Position numbers and translations under genes: made by a program
Notes under the pieces: model-generated
The model's input: the letters and a program-made list of their open reading frames with translations, nothing else
Told to the model about the DNA's origin: nothing
The model's database searches: none
Source: Schmidtea nova
Taxonomy: Eukaryota
DNA length: 64,000 bases
Assembly: GCA_044892505.1 (NCBI GenBank)
Contig: CM097884.1
Span: 111,600,001 to 111,664,000, forward strand
Direction: 5' to 3'
Shown here: one piece after another, positions 51,060-64,000 of the stretch
Layout of the letters: each line of letters opens with the position of its first letter
Numbering within the stretch: the first letter of the stretch is position 1

Positions 51060-51440
51060 TAACAGAAGCTAGCAATTCAATTATAGATACAAAAAAAGGA
51101 CTTCAACAAGATACAGAAATATCCATTTCTTCCAAGTACATCAGTAAACAATTCAATTATAGATACAAAAAAAACTTCAACAAGATAAGAATAAATCTAA
51201 GAGACGATTGAACTGAATAATCGTCTTCCAAAGTTAATTGTCCAACCAAATTATAGATACCGAAATATCCATTTCTTCCAAGTCCTTCAATAAACAATTC
51301 AATTATAGATACAAAAAAAAGACTTCAACAAGATAAGAATAAATCTAAGAGCCGATTGAACTGAATAATCCCCTTCCAAAATTGATTTTTCAGACAAATT
51401 ATAGCTACAGAGGTATCCCTTCTTCCAAGTAATTCAATAT
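51060..51440. repeat. Degenerate tandem repeat
   Basis: CAATTCAATTATAGATACAAAAAAA..CTTCAACAAGATA occurs three times and GAAATATCCATTTCTTCCAAGT recurs. Confidence 0.7.
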
Positions 51441-52313
51441 ACAAAAGTCAGTTGATATACACTCCAAAAGTTAGAGTAATTTTTGTATAGTTGTGTTATT
51501 GTGATATAGTTACCTATTGTGATATTAATTTAATTTTGTTATTTTTGTTGTTTTGTTTTTATTGCACACATCATAACACAACAAAACATTCACCCCGAGT
51601 GTCGGTACACTACTAACGCCAGACTCTCTCGGGCCCTACAAATACTTCTACAAATACTCTATTACACCCTCTAAAGACTATAATAATATATATGTGTCTA
51701 ATTTTAAAAACGCATCAAAATACTCTAATTATCAATATGAATGTAATATATATGAAGCGTTATTGATAATGTACAGAATGCGGTGAAAACGTGTATTTTG
51801 AATGTTTTAAAATAATTGGGATGTTAGCATGGGTGTACAGTTGTATTAATTGAATTGAATGATAAAATTAGTTTATTAAATTTAAAATAGATAATCTTAA
51901 ATTTCTATAGATCTAATAATATCTTATCTACTCGCATAAAATCCGACTCCCCCAAATTTGGTTGAAAAATGTCCAAAATCGATGAAGCGCCTATAAGCCG
52001 ATCTATGAAAATTTAAATTTTGGGTTATATTTAATTTATTTTAAATTATGCAATTCACTAAGATCCATAAATATTTAACATGGAAAAATCAATTTTCGGA
52101 AGAGAATAGCAAAATATTTTCTGTGAACGTAAACAGAGTTTCTAAAAATTTTCATCAGTTCATTGGTAAAATGTCATCGTAAATGTCCATCTTTGAGTAT
52201 TCTGAACACATTACATTTATCATCAATTAATTATTGAACCATAATTATTTTAATTAAAAGTAGGTTCGCGATAACCTGACCCATCAACTTTGAAAAAAAA
52301 TTGATCTAAAATT

Positions 52314-52395
<82 letters not shown>

Positions 52396-54123
52396 TTAAA
52401 ATTTTGTAAATGATTTTAATAAAAAATAATTTTTAGATTGATTTTTAAATAAATTAAAAATGTATTTTTATTAAAAAAGGTATTTAATTATAATTTATTG
52501 TATAAATTGAAATAACGTAGTTTTTTCTTTGTGAATATTACCTGAAGATGACAGGAAGTTATATGAAGGGTGTTTTTCATTCATTAAATAATTGTTTCTT
52601 TTTTCGTCACATTTTTTTCGATTTTCATTATTGAGCTACTTTTTTGAAGCTCTGAATTCATCAAAATTCAATTCATTTTCTATTTGTTTCACTTAATGTT
52701 ATAACATTGAAACAAGAATATAATATTCCTTAGAGATTATAGAAGACAATGATTGCCATAAAATAATATAAATAGAGACGCAACCAGGGTATAAAAAAAA
52801 ATATTTTTATAGATATAAATATGTGTATTAAAAAACTGCGTAGGAAAAAGCACGCATTCGTTTTTCGTTTGTTTGCCCATGTTTTCTTTGCATCTAGCTC
52901 TCTTTCTCTCTACAAATGTGGTTTTGTATTTGAAAAAAAGAAATGCAGAATAATAGCGTGTGTTGTGTTCTGTACTTTACTTAGCATAGAACGAGAAATG
53001 ACCGAAGAAATAGACTTTTATAATATAAGTAAACAATTTGCGTCAGCTAAAGCAAGAAATATAAATTTGTAATAAAGTGTTAATATATTTAACTTGTGTG
53101 CTTTTTTTACCAAATTCTAAAGTAGTTTTTTAGAAAATAAATCGTAAGTAACCTATCGTCGGGGAGGGGCGCTAGATCGGTGTTTGTAGTCACTTTAGCA
53201 CTTGCATTGTATCTTTTGACAATATTAATTTTTATATTAATCAATAATTTTATGACGATAAATTAACAATTTTTTGTCTGTTTAGTACACGATATTTCGG
53301 CACAGCCTTCATTAAGTGTGTATTTAAATACCTGAATAATACACACTTGATAAAAGCTGTTCCAAAATATCATGTACCTAAAAATCAAAAAAAAATTGAT
53401 CTATAGTCCTACAATTTTTGTATTAATAGTTCTAAGTGTTTGATAAAAAGAGATAAAAAGAGATCAAAAGTGAAATTTAAAAAATAATTATGATATTAAT
53501 TTTTAAACAAGCTTTTCTAATATTCGGACCGCTGCCCAAATATTTAATGATCTTCAATATTATGTTTAAATCAATACATTTACGTTTTTTAGAGTTTTGT
53601 TTTCCGTCTTATTGTTTCATTAAAAAGAAGAATTGAAATGTGAATAATGAGAATAATATAAAAACATATAATACTTTTAATATATGAATAATTTCATTGA
53701 ATAAGATTTTTTAAATTATTTTGTAAAGGTCTACTTATTATTGAATTCCTTTATATGGAATAATTAAGTGATAAAACCAACGAAAAATTGAAGCAATAAA
53801 ACGGGATTTATTAAACCAATTGGTCAAAGAACATATGCTAGCGTGACTTAGGGAGGATAGATGAGAATTCAACAGAATACTCAAGATAACAGACCTTCAC
53901 CATCACAAAGAAAACTATCAGGAAGCCATTTAGTCATCACAAATCAAGAAGAGGCCAACATCCTATACGCGAATCAATAAAATACGAAGAAAATCACCAC
54001 GGTCGACAAGAACAATTCTCAATAGAACAAGTTTCAAGAAACGCGAGAATCCCAGATGACTTCCAAAAAATTCCATGAAGAACATAACAAGATAGATCTA
54101 TAAAGAAAGTAGATGACTAGCAC

Positions 54124-54916
54124 AGTAGGCAGTTATGTGGAGCATGAGTCATCGCCGAACAAAGGAAATGACGTCACCCCCCGTGGAGGGGGGTAAAAAT
54201 TTTTTATGGCGTTATCGATGACTCATCGGCGTGACTCATCGATATGACTCGTCGATGACGTCATCGATGACTCATTTCAAATTCAAATTTTAAATTTGAA
54301 TTTCCAAAGGTCAAACATTCAAACAAGGGTATCATTCGAAAGGTCTTTGAGAGGTGTACACAATGGTCATACCCTCGATGGTTTATGGAGAGTCCTTAAC
54401 CTTCAAAGGGTCCAAAACCTTCAAATTTTTTTCAAACCTTGTGTGTAATATATCATTCGAAAGGTAATACCGATGTGCACACAATGGTTATACCTTCGAA
54501 GGTGTATGGTGTGTGCTCAACCTTAAAGGGGTCAAAATCCTTCAAATATTTTTAAACATTGCAAGTTATATATTGTAATTGAGATTTGAGTATGATGGTC
54601 GACCCTTGAAGGGTCCAAGACTCAAAATTTTAAAAACTATATAATATATGTATCAAACAAAAGGTAATTGAGAGTCGAGTATGATGGTCGTACCCTTTAA
54701 GGTCTGTGGTCGACCCTCGAAGGGTCCAAGGTTTAAAACTATGTAATATATGTATCAAACAAAAGGTAGTTGGAAGTTGAGTATGATGGTCATATTCTTG
54801 TGTGTGTATGTGTGTCAACCAGATAATACTATAATATCCACATAAGTCACTTGTGCGTAAGACAGATAACAGTACGCCGTTGTGAGTCCCTTCCGTGTGT
54901 AAGACAATATCCATTG
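54124..54916. repeat. Left TIR of Polinton B (at least 793 bp, runs into a gap)
   Basis: Reverse complement of 59841-60697 apart from a few SNPs and small duplications. Confidence 0.95.
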
Positions 54917-55199
54917 NNNNNNNNNNNNNNNNNNNNNNNNNNNNNNNNNNNNNNNNNNNNNNNNNNNNNNNNNNNNNNNNNNNNNNNNNNNNNNNNNNNN
55001 NNNNNNNNNNNNNNNNNNNNNNNNNNNNNNNNNNNNNNNNNNNNNNNNNNNNNNNNNNNNNNNNNNNNNNNNNNNNCTTATAAAAATTCAAACAATCAAA
55101 AACTAAAATTGAAATTACTAAATTTTATTGAATATAACATTTATAAAATAACAATTATGCATATCGTGCACTGTCAATTCTCCAAATTGGAGTTATAAC

Positions 55200-55480
55200 A
55201 TCTTTTGTATCGATTTTATATCCCTGAATAATTATGGTAATAAACCAATTTTCTTGATCCTTGTATTCGATAGATTGAAGATACTAGCGCTTTTTTCTAT
55301 GTCACTGATGCTGATTAACTCCAAGTCTTGAAGAAATATTTCCCGAAATGGAGATTAATTAAATATAATTTTAAAGAAATTGAAGATGTTCCAGAAAATA
55401 TATCTTGTCCATATAGGGATCATAGTATGTGTGCCTATAAAGGATGTTTGAGTGCAGTTATTGATTATTTAAAGCAATAA
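55200..55480 (+). pseudogene. Decayed homolog of the 133-aa accessory gene
   Basis: FYVTDAD*LQVLKKYFPKWRLIKY..VPENISCPYRDHSMCAYKGCLSAVIDYLKQ* aligns to the C-terminal half of 544..945. Confidence 0.9.
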
Positions 55481-55522
55481 ATGTATTGTTATTTTAATAA
55501 ATTTTAATAATGTGTATCAATG

Positions 55523-55555
<33 letters not shown>

Positions 55556-55936
55556 ATTATTATTTTATAAATATTATTATCAGCTCGTTATTTTTATTTT
55601 ATTTTATAAATGTAATTATTATTATTATTTAATAAATATTATTAAATTATTCGTCACATGTATATCATAAAGCATGATGACATCAACAAAGCCTCTGTCG
55701 ATAAAGTCACGACATAAAGACACATGGGGTCGTGAACTTACATGTCTTTATGTAGTCACATAACAACTATCGTGACATAAACAAACATGCAGTATGTGTG
55801 CATTTATTTCACTATCCTATCTCGATTCTAATTGGATGGTTAATAAAACTTGAAATTATCTGCTTTATATAGTCTATACTTGTATTATTTCGTCACTTTT
55901 AATCACAAAATCTATTATCAAGTCTTAAAAACCAAA

Positions 55937-58900
55937 ATGAATAATTTAATGAATCAAGGACGAGTTGCTCGAAAATCATACGGAGCTGGAGTCAATGGTA
56001 AATTTACTTTTTATTTATTTACTTATTTATTTTTAATATTATTAGAAGTTAATATAGCGAACAATATCGCGAACAATATCTTAAATAACAACGGATCTGT
56101 CACTGGGACTGGAGTCATTGGAACTGGAGTCATCGGAAATAGAGTCATTGGTATATTTACTTTTATTATTGTTGATTTTAATTGACAATAATCTTTAGAA
56201 ATTAATAATGTAATAAATTACTGTCAAACTGATGCTCAAATTACTGCTGGTTCTCGTTGTTAATATTGAAAATCAGGATGAGTTTTGCTTTCTTTATAGT
56301 ATTTTGGCTATTTTAAAATATTATAGTATTATTCCTGAGTTGAGACATCTTCCTTCCTCTTATAACCTTTCACAACTAAAGTATGATGCTGCTGATATGC
56401 CTATGAAACTTGGAAATATTTCTAAGTTTGAACGACAAAATCCAGGGTATGCAATTAATGTTTTGTCGTATGATGAAACTGCGTTGATTGATATAAGTAA
56501 TGCCGACTCTATAATGAAACATCCCTTTATAGATATAATTTATAAAAGTAAGGTTGTAGGAGGAACACCAATTAACTTACTGCTTTTAGATAATAATAAA
56601 AATTTTCATTACACCGCCATAACTGATTTAAATCGATTCTTATATTGCAGAAATGCATCAATAACTACTGTCCGTATTTGCTGTCAATGGTGTCCTCGGT
56701 GTCTTAACGGTTTCCGAACTGATGATTGTTTTAATCGTCATCGTGGTCTTTGTGAAAATAATCAATTGGGTACAACTTTGTACACTTTGCCTAAAAACCC
56801 TTTGCTTGAATTTACTGATTGGAAGAAAACTGTCACTCCTCCCTTTGTCATTTATGCCGATTTTGAGGCAATTTTACCGAAGGACACCAAATATTATCAA
56901 AAACATTTACCGATTGCAGCTGGCTTATTACTAATAAATAACTTCACCGGTGAAAAAATCTACAAATCATTTTTAGGGCTTGATTGTGTAGATCAATTTC
57001 TTCATGAAATTGAAGATATAAGTAAATATATTGTAAGTTCCTATTTTTATAAAAATTACAATAAGAAAATGATCTTCACTGGCGATGATCAAATAACTTT
57101 TAATAACAGCACAAACTGTCATTTGTGCAAGAAACTGTTAGTAGAACCAGTTAGAGATCACGACCATTTCTCAGGTCAATTTATTGGTGCAGCTTGCAAA
57201 AAGTGTAATCTTAGCAGGCAAATAAGACACACTTTGTCTGTTGTCTTTCATAATTTGAGAGGGTATGATCTCCATCATATCCTCAAATTTGGCTTATCTC
57301 GGTATACATCTTGGAATATAAGCTGCATTCCAATTACTAGAGAGAAGATTCTTTCACTTTTTGCTAATATTGATTCTTTGTCTGTGAAATTTATTGACTC
57401 TTGTCAATTTGTGTCTGAATCATTAAAAGGTGCTGTAGCAACACTAACATCTTTGCCATTAACATCTTCAGAGTTCAAGGGAACTATAATTAACAGCAAG
57501 GGAATTTTTCCTTACGATGTTGCGACCTCTTTAGATGTTTTAAGGTCAACATCAGAATTCCCACTAATTTGGAAAGGTGTTGATGCAGAGGAGTATGAGT
57601 TGGCTAAAGTAATATGGCGAGAAACATCATGTACTTGCCTTTTGGATTACATGATGGTGTATCTAAAACTTGATGTATTTTTACTGGCTGACTTTTTTCA
57701 GCAATTTCGGGCTAAAAGCATTGCCCATAACAAACTTGAGCCCTTTAATTTCTTGGGGATTCCCGGTATGAGTTGGAGTTCGGCTTTGATGACTCTTGAG
57801 AAACCGATTACATTATTGACCGACATGGAAATGTACAATTTCTTTGAAGGGGGAATTCGTGGGGGGGGCTTACTTTTGTAATCAAAAATTATGTTAAAAG
57901 TAGTGCGGATACAGAGTTGTTGTATATCGATATCAACAACCTGTATGGATGGGCTTTATCACAAAAGCTACCCGAGGGTAATTTTCAATGGGTGACCGAT
58001 GATAATTTATTAACTAATTTATTAATTGAATGCGCTACGGTAGATCTAAGTTTGCTTAGCTATGGTTATACCATAGAAGTAGATTTAGAAATAACGGCAT
58101 CTATTCACGATAAATTGGATGATTTTCCAATTGCCACTGAAAAGATGTGCGCTCCTTTTTCCAAAGTTAAGAAGCTGTTGCTAACGCACAACTCCAAAAA
58201 GAACTACGTTCTTCATTGGAGGCTTCTACAGATTTTTATTAATTTAGGTGCACTTGTAACAAAAATACATAGGGCAATTAAATACGACCAAAGCTATGTA
58301 TTTAAAAATTACATTGACACAAACAAACAGTTAAGAGCAACATCAACAAGTAAATTAGACAAAAATTACTACAAGTTGCTCAACAACAGTTTGTATGGAA
58401 AAACTGTTGAGAACTTGAAAAAACGCAATTCAGCACAAAAACTAATCACATATGCCTCAAAACCGGTATTTAGGAAAACCACAAGGATAGACGACGATTT
58501 GATTTCGGTTTTGCTTAGGAAGGAATCAGTGTGTTTGGATAGACCTAGTTACATTGGGCAAACTGTACTAGATTTATCCAAACTGAGAATGTACGAGTTG
58601 CAGTACAATGAGTTACAAAAATATCGTAACGAATTGAACTGTCAGATTAATATAGTTGCTGGAGACACTGATTCCTTCTTTTTGGAGATTAAAAATTGTA
58701 GTCTTGACATTCGTTTAGCTGCTATGATTAGAGACCAGTTGCTTGACACATCCAATTATGACCCTAATCATCCGTTATATAATAGGAACATTGACTCTGT
58801 CATTGGCAAGTTCAAAGACGAGAGTAAAGGACTATTATATAAGTAGTGGGTGTTCCTGAGGCCTAAATGTTACAGTTTGTTGGGTGATGCGAGTAACATG

Positions 58901-59275
58901 AAGGCTAGGGGAGTTGATTTGAAAGATACTGGACTGAGTCATGAGTCGTATCCTGATTGTTATGTGAACAATAGGATTTACAAGGTACCGCAATTAAGAA
59001 TATGCAGCAAAAATCATCAGCTATATAGCATTAAGAACAACAAAAAAGCACTGACAAATATGGACGACAAAAGGTTTTGGGTAACAAAAAATAAAAGTTT
59101 AGCCTATGGCAATTTTCGGATGGGTGATACCTTTATTGATGAACCAGATGACGATCCAGAACCTTTCAATCAGCCAATCTCTCTAGTTTTGTATCAAAAT
59201 AATGAAGGAAATGATCAAGACAATCCAGATGATTTTATTGATGATTTTAACAATGATCATGATTATTTTGCTTGA
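55937..59275 (+). pseudogene. pPolB pseudogene of copy B; leader exons 55937-55997, 56046-56150 and 56199 onward
   Basis: Clear protein similarity to pPolB of copy A. Disabled by a deletion near 56255 that removes the region homologous to about 2978-3985, a frameshift in the G-run near 57860, a 6-codon deletion near 58425 and a TAG at 58844. Confidence 0.95.
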
Positions 59276-59840
59276 TTTATTTTCACTCAATAGATTTGTT
59301 AATTTATTTGTTATCGTTTTTAAATGTTTTTATTTGTAAAACTTTGTATTAGTTTTTGAAAGTTTTTANNNNNNNNNNNNNNNNNNNNNNNNNNNNNNNN
59401 NNNNNNNNNNNNNNNNNNNNNNNNNNNNNNNNNNNNNNNNNNNNNNNNNNNNNNNNNNNNNNNNNNNNNNNNNNNNNNNNNNNNNNNNNNNNNNNNNNNN
59501 NNNNNNNNNNNNNNNNNNNNACTATAGATCAAAATTTTTTTTTTTTATAAAAAAATTTTGATCTATAGTCATTATGAGAATTATTGATAATAATAATAAA
59601 AAAAGATCAAAGGTNNNNNNNNNNNNNNNNNNNNNNNNNNNNNNNNNNNNNNNNNNNNNNNNNNNNNNNNNNNNNNNNNNNNNNNNNNNNNNNNNNNNNN
59701 NNNNNNNNNNNNNNNNNNNNNNNNNNNNNNNNNNNNNNNNNNNNNNNNNNNNNNNNNNNNNNNNNNNNNNNNNNNNNNNNNNNNNNNNNNNNNNNNNNNN
59801 NNNNNNNNNNNNNNNNNNNNNNNNNNNNNNNNNNNNNNNC

Positions 59841-60697
59841 AATGGATATTGTCTTACACACGGAAGGGACTCACAACGGCGTACTGTTATCTGTCTTACG
59901 CACAAGAGACTTATGTGGATATCATAGTATTATCTGGTTGACACACATACACACACAAGAATATGACCGTCATACTCAACTTCCAACTACCTTTTGTTTG
60001 ATACATATATTACATAGTTTTAAACCTTGGACCCTTCGAGGGTCGACCACAGACTTTCAAGGGTACGATCATCATACTCGACTCTCAATTACCTTTTGTT
60101 TGATACATATATTATATAGTTTTTAAAATTTTGAGTCTTGGACCCTTCAAGGGTCGACCACCCACCTTCAAGGGTTGACCATCATACTCAAATCTCAATT
60201 ACCTTTTTTTTGATATATAACTTGTAATGTTTAAAAATATTTGAAGGATTTTGACCCCTTTAAGGTTGAGCACACACCATACACCTTCGAAGGTATAACC
60301 ATTGTGTGCACATCGGTATTACCTTTCGAATGATATATTACACACAAGGTTTGAAAAAAATTTGAAGGTTTTGGACCCTTGTAAGGTTAAGGACTCTCCA
60401 TAAACCATCGAGGGTATGACCATTGTGTGCACCTCTCAAAGACCTTTCGAATGATACCCTTGTTTGAATGTTTGACCTTTGGAAATTCAAATTTAAAATT
60501 TGAATTTGAAATGAGTCATCGATGACGTCATAAAATTCAAATTTGAAATGAGTCATCGATGACGTCATCGACGAGTCATATCGACGAGTCACACCGATGA
60601 GTCATCGATGACGCCATAATTTTTTTTACCCCCTCCACGGGGGGTGACGTCATTTCCTTTGTTCGGCGATGACTCATTCTCCACATAACTGCCTACT
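59841..60697. repeat. Right TIR of Polinton B
   Basis: Inverted copy of 54124-54916. Confidence 0.95.
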
Positions 60698-63217
60698 TAG
60701 CACAAGTACCTTCTCCAAAATTAATAGTAGGTGATTGTTTTTGCTGTGGCGAATGGGGATACAGACGATATCAGTACCCACTGGGAAATAAGTGCCTGAT
60801 ATGTGGTAATGAGGGACACGGGTTTCGAGATTGTTTTCGTTAAAGAAAGAAGTCCCCTGCTGATATCAAAGAATAGCGTGCATAGAAGAAGAATATTCCA
60901 AATTTGATAGAAGAGATTACACTGAGAACAGTCAGGATTTTAAAATGGCTCGCAGCGATATGGAAGATAGATACTATGTCCCTGAGAAATATACTACATT
61001 GAGAGAAGACGGGAAAAAACATCAGCTACTCTATGAATTTTATTTCGTTGGTGGAGTAAAGACAATAAATTGTGAAAGAAGAAATGAACGATACAAGACT
61101 GGAGAAGAAATGTATCAGACGAAAAATGGAAGAAGTTGGGGTAAAATAATGTTGAATAAAACAGAAGTAAATATATATTATTGGACTCTCGAGCGTCAAT
61201 AACAGTCATGAGCAATAATTTGTGGGAGATAATAGGCAAACCAGATCTACAACGTAGTACTATATTATTATGCGGGTTGTTTTCAACTGGAGGTGAAGAA
61301 ACAATGGGATATATGACTATACCGGCCACATGGAATCTGGAGACCAAAATTATCACCGTAGTGGTTGTAAAAGAGATCAAGCCCAAATTAATAAGGGGTA
61401 TTAATATAATGAAAGAGTTTAGAGTAAAGTTAGTGAAGATCAATAATATAGAAACTTCATTTATAAACAAAATCCACACTGATGAAGAAAGAATAAATAA
61501 ATCACTGATGGTGATGGCAGTTGAGAAAAATAAAAAAATTGAAGGAATGATCAGGAAATACTGCGGGATATTTAATGCGTCGAAATTTGATCTTGGATTT
61601 ACAAATTTAGTTCGACATGAGATGCGAATAACAGAAGGTAAATAATGCAACATCCTCAACGTCAACCAATGCACATGGAGCAAAGAATTGAATAGTTGAT
61701 AAAAGAGTCAATAAAAGCAAATGTTTTTCGGTATTGCAGGAGTCCTTGAAATTCCCCATTAGTGATAGTAGAGAAGAAAGATGTATCCATCAAGGTGTAT
61801 ATCGACTATCGTGAATTGAATGTCATTGCAGAAAATGAATCATTTCCCATGCCTAATACCAAATTCTTACTAAACAGTCTTGCGAAAGCAAAAATATTTT
61901 TCGTCAATTGATTTATGTCAGGCGTACTATCAAGTAGATTTGGCCCCAGAAATTCAAAAAATGAATAAATTCAGTAAAAGAGAAAGGCACATTTACTTTA
62001 ATAGACTAACGTTAGGATAACCAACAGCTCCTGTGACTTTTCAGAAACTGATGCACACAGTACTAGAAAGAATGCTATTCAAAGAAGTAGTAGTTTATCT
62101 AGATGATATTTTGTTATATACTGGGAAAATCAAAAATATCATGATGAGCTACTAGGGGAAATATTTAGAAGAAGTCAAATGACAGGACTGATGATAAATT
62201 CAGAAAAATATGAATTCAATAAAACCCAATTGTGTTTCCTTGCACAAACAGAGAAAAAATTGAAGAGATCGAGAGAGCCGAAATACCAAAATGTTCGATG
62301 CAATTAAGATCATTTCTCGGATTATGAACTATTATAGAAGATTCATTGTACTATGATAGAATCGCAGAACCATTACATACCGCAACTTATGGATGCGTTA
62401 AACATATAGTTTTGAATAAATAATGCAATGAGAATTTCCAAACACTGAATAAACGGTTGTGAGAGGCATTTATCCTTGACTATCCAAGATAAGATAGGAC
62501 ATTTATCTCAGACACAGGCGCTAGCTTTGGAGGTATTGGTGCAATTTTGACCCAAATTAAAAAAGATATCTGCTCTAAGAGAAAGATCAATCAGACAAGA
62601 GCCAAGGAAATATTTATGCCAAGATGTAGCTCTGGATTTCTAGAATAGATTGTTATGAATGTGGCCTAAATGGAGAAAACATTTTTAAAAATATATGGTA
62701 ATAATATTGGACGGGTTTAGTAAATTGATTTCTTTGACCGCAATTACAAAGCAAGACGAAGTGATAATTTTCAAGATCTATCGATTACAAAAACTGAAGT
62801 GCATTTTAACAGATAGAAGCTGCAATTTTGAAGTGAATTTTCTAAGACAGAGACTACAGAAACTTGGAATCAAATAGGAATTCAGATCACCTTACCAGCA
62901 CTAATCAAATGGATTAGTCAAACGAGCCATACGAACGACATTGTCAGGTAAGAGTGAAGAGAGAAACTTGCATGAACCTTTATCTAGAATAGAGTTCAAT
63001 ATAATTAGCAGTCGACAAAGTGCTACAGGTTTATCGCCATTTGAGATAATTTATGGACATATAATTTAATGCATATTATTAACGGATGACTTAAACTTGA
63101 CACTGTTTAATGAAAGTATTTATATATAGTGGGCTAATATGTTTGGTAATGTGTGGTACACATAGTGCAATACATTTATAATATTTGAAACCTTTGCATT
63201 TTAAATTTTATTTGCAT

Positions 63218-63304
<87 letters not shown>

Positions 63305-64000
63305 ATATCATATCTTATTTTCTTTGGCAATACTTATTATTAAATTACTTGTAGAATTAGTGAAAGTGATTTGTAATAATAAAAACTTATTTTTGTGTTC
63401 CAAGAATTATTTTTTATCCAAGTTTTGGAGTCAACAATCTTCCAAATATGGTATCACTGAGTAGAGTTGAAAATAAAAATTGATTGAAAGCGTCATAAAA
63501 TACACACGTACCACAATAATATAGTTCGAAATTTGTAATATAAAGTACAACATTGTACAAACACAAAATAGTAGGCATACGAACCAAAATTTATAAGTCG
63601 GTCGAGGTAGAGTTAAAACAATAGAAAAAAGCATCTTAAATGAGAGCACACAATTTCAGTGTAAGTCGAAATTACATACGAAAGACTGCATGAAAATTGA
63701 ATGTGTTAGATTCTGATCAGTTATTAAGTACGAAGAATCAATGATTGAAGATAAAATTAGTATTAATATTAAGAGAATAATTTTTTAAAAATTATAATAA
63801 AAATCCTCCTATGGACTTACTCAGCTCTAAATTATAGGAGGAAAAATAAAGAATTTAAAGTGTGGGAAAGTCTGATTCAAAAATTAAAGGCAGATCCCTG
63901 CAAATAATTGTGATACATAGTTACTATAAAAAAACAAGATTCTGGAGGATATAGGATGAGTGCTATCAAAGTTTTTTGAGAAAATTGTTAGGTGTATAAT

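Larger units (their letters stand above)
54124..60697 (+). mobile_element. Internally deleted, non-autonomous Polinton/Maverick, copy B
   Basis: AGTAGGC...GCCTACT termini, 6-bp TSD TAGCAC (54118-54123 and 60698-60703), long TIRs and a pPolB pseudogene. No integrase, ATPase, capsid or intact protease in the called bases. Confidence 0.95.
53790..63100 (+). mobile_element. Decayed Gypsy gag-pol, split by Polinton B at 54123/60698
   Basis: Gag zinc knuckle CLICGNEGHGFRDC (60793-60834), protease LDSRASITV (61181), RT SPLVIVEKKD..YIDYRELN..FPMP and VYLDDIL (61750-62110). Many disablements; boundaries approximate. Confidence 0.85.

Noticed and set aside
60994-61683. 229-aa minus-strand ORF
   Set aside because: Antisense shadow of the Gypsy protease region, with no recognisable motifs.

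Overview
This is an AT-rich eukaryotic (metazoan) assembly window with many N gaps. The ~50-nt introns, (ATT)n tracts and large-exon protocadherin suggest a flatworm such as a planarian, but the host cannot be proven from sequence. It contains: (1) the right ~9.6 kb of a Polinton/Maverick element (copy A, ends at 9600) with an adenain-like protease, a 133-aa accessory gene and a protein-primed PolB, where both protease and PolB appear to be interrupted by spliceosomal introns; (2) a related, internally deleted Polinton (copy B, 54124-60697) with ~0.8-kb TIRs, a 6-bp TSD (TAGCAC) and the same leader exon/intron layout, inserted into the gag of an old Gypsy element; (3) a young Gypsy LTR retrotransposon with uninterrupted gag and pol frames (27330-33869, 5-bp TSD GCTTG) whose two 956-bp LTRs consist almost entirely of a captured host head-to-head promoter carrying the 5' coding part of NOMO (nodal modulator) and the 5' part of an unidentified antisense gene, and which sits in an exon of another host gene; (4) a 7-repeat protocadherin on the minus strand; (5) decayed Gypsy, mariner and hAT copies, several TTAA-flanked piggyBac-like MITEs and a family of long palindromic fold-back repeats. 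The two best candidates for an undescribed system are the host-promoter/NOMO LTR and the intron-containing Polinton lineage. All calls were made by eye, with no database search or alignment run.
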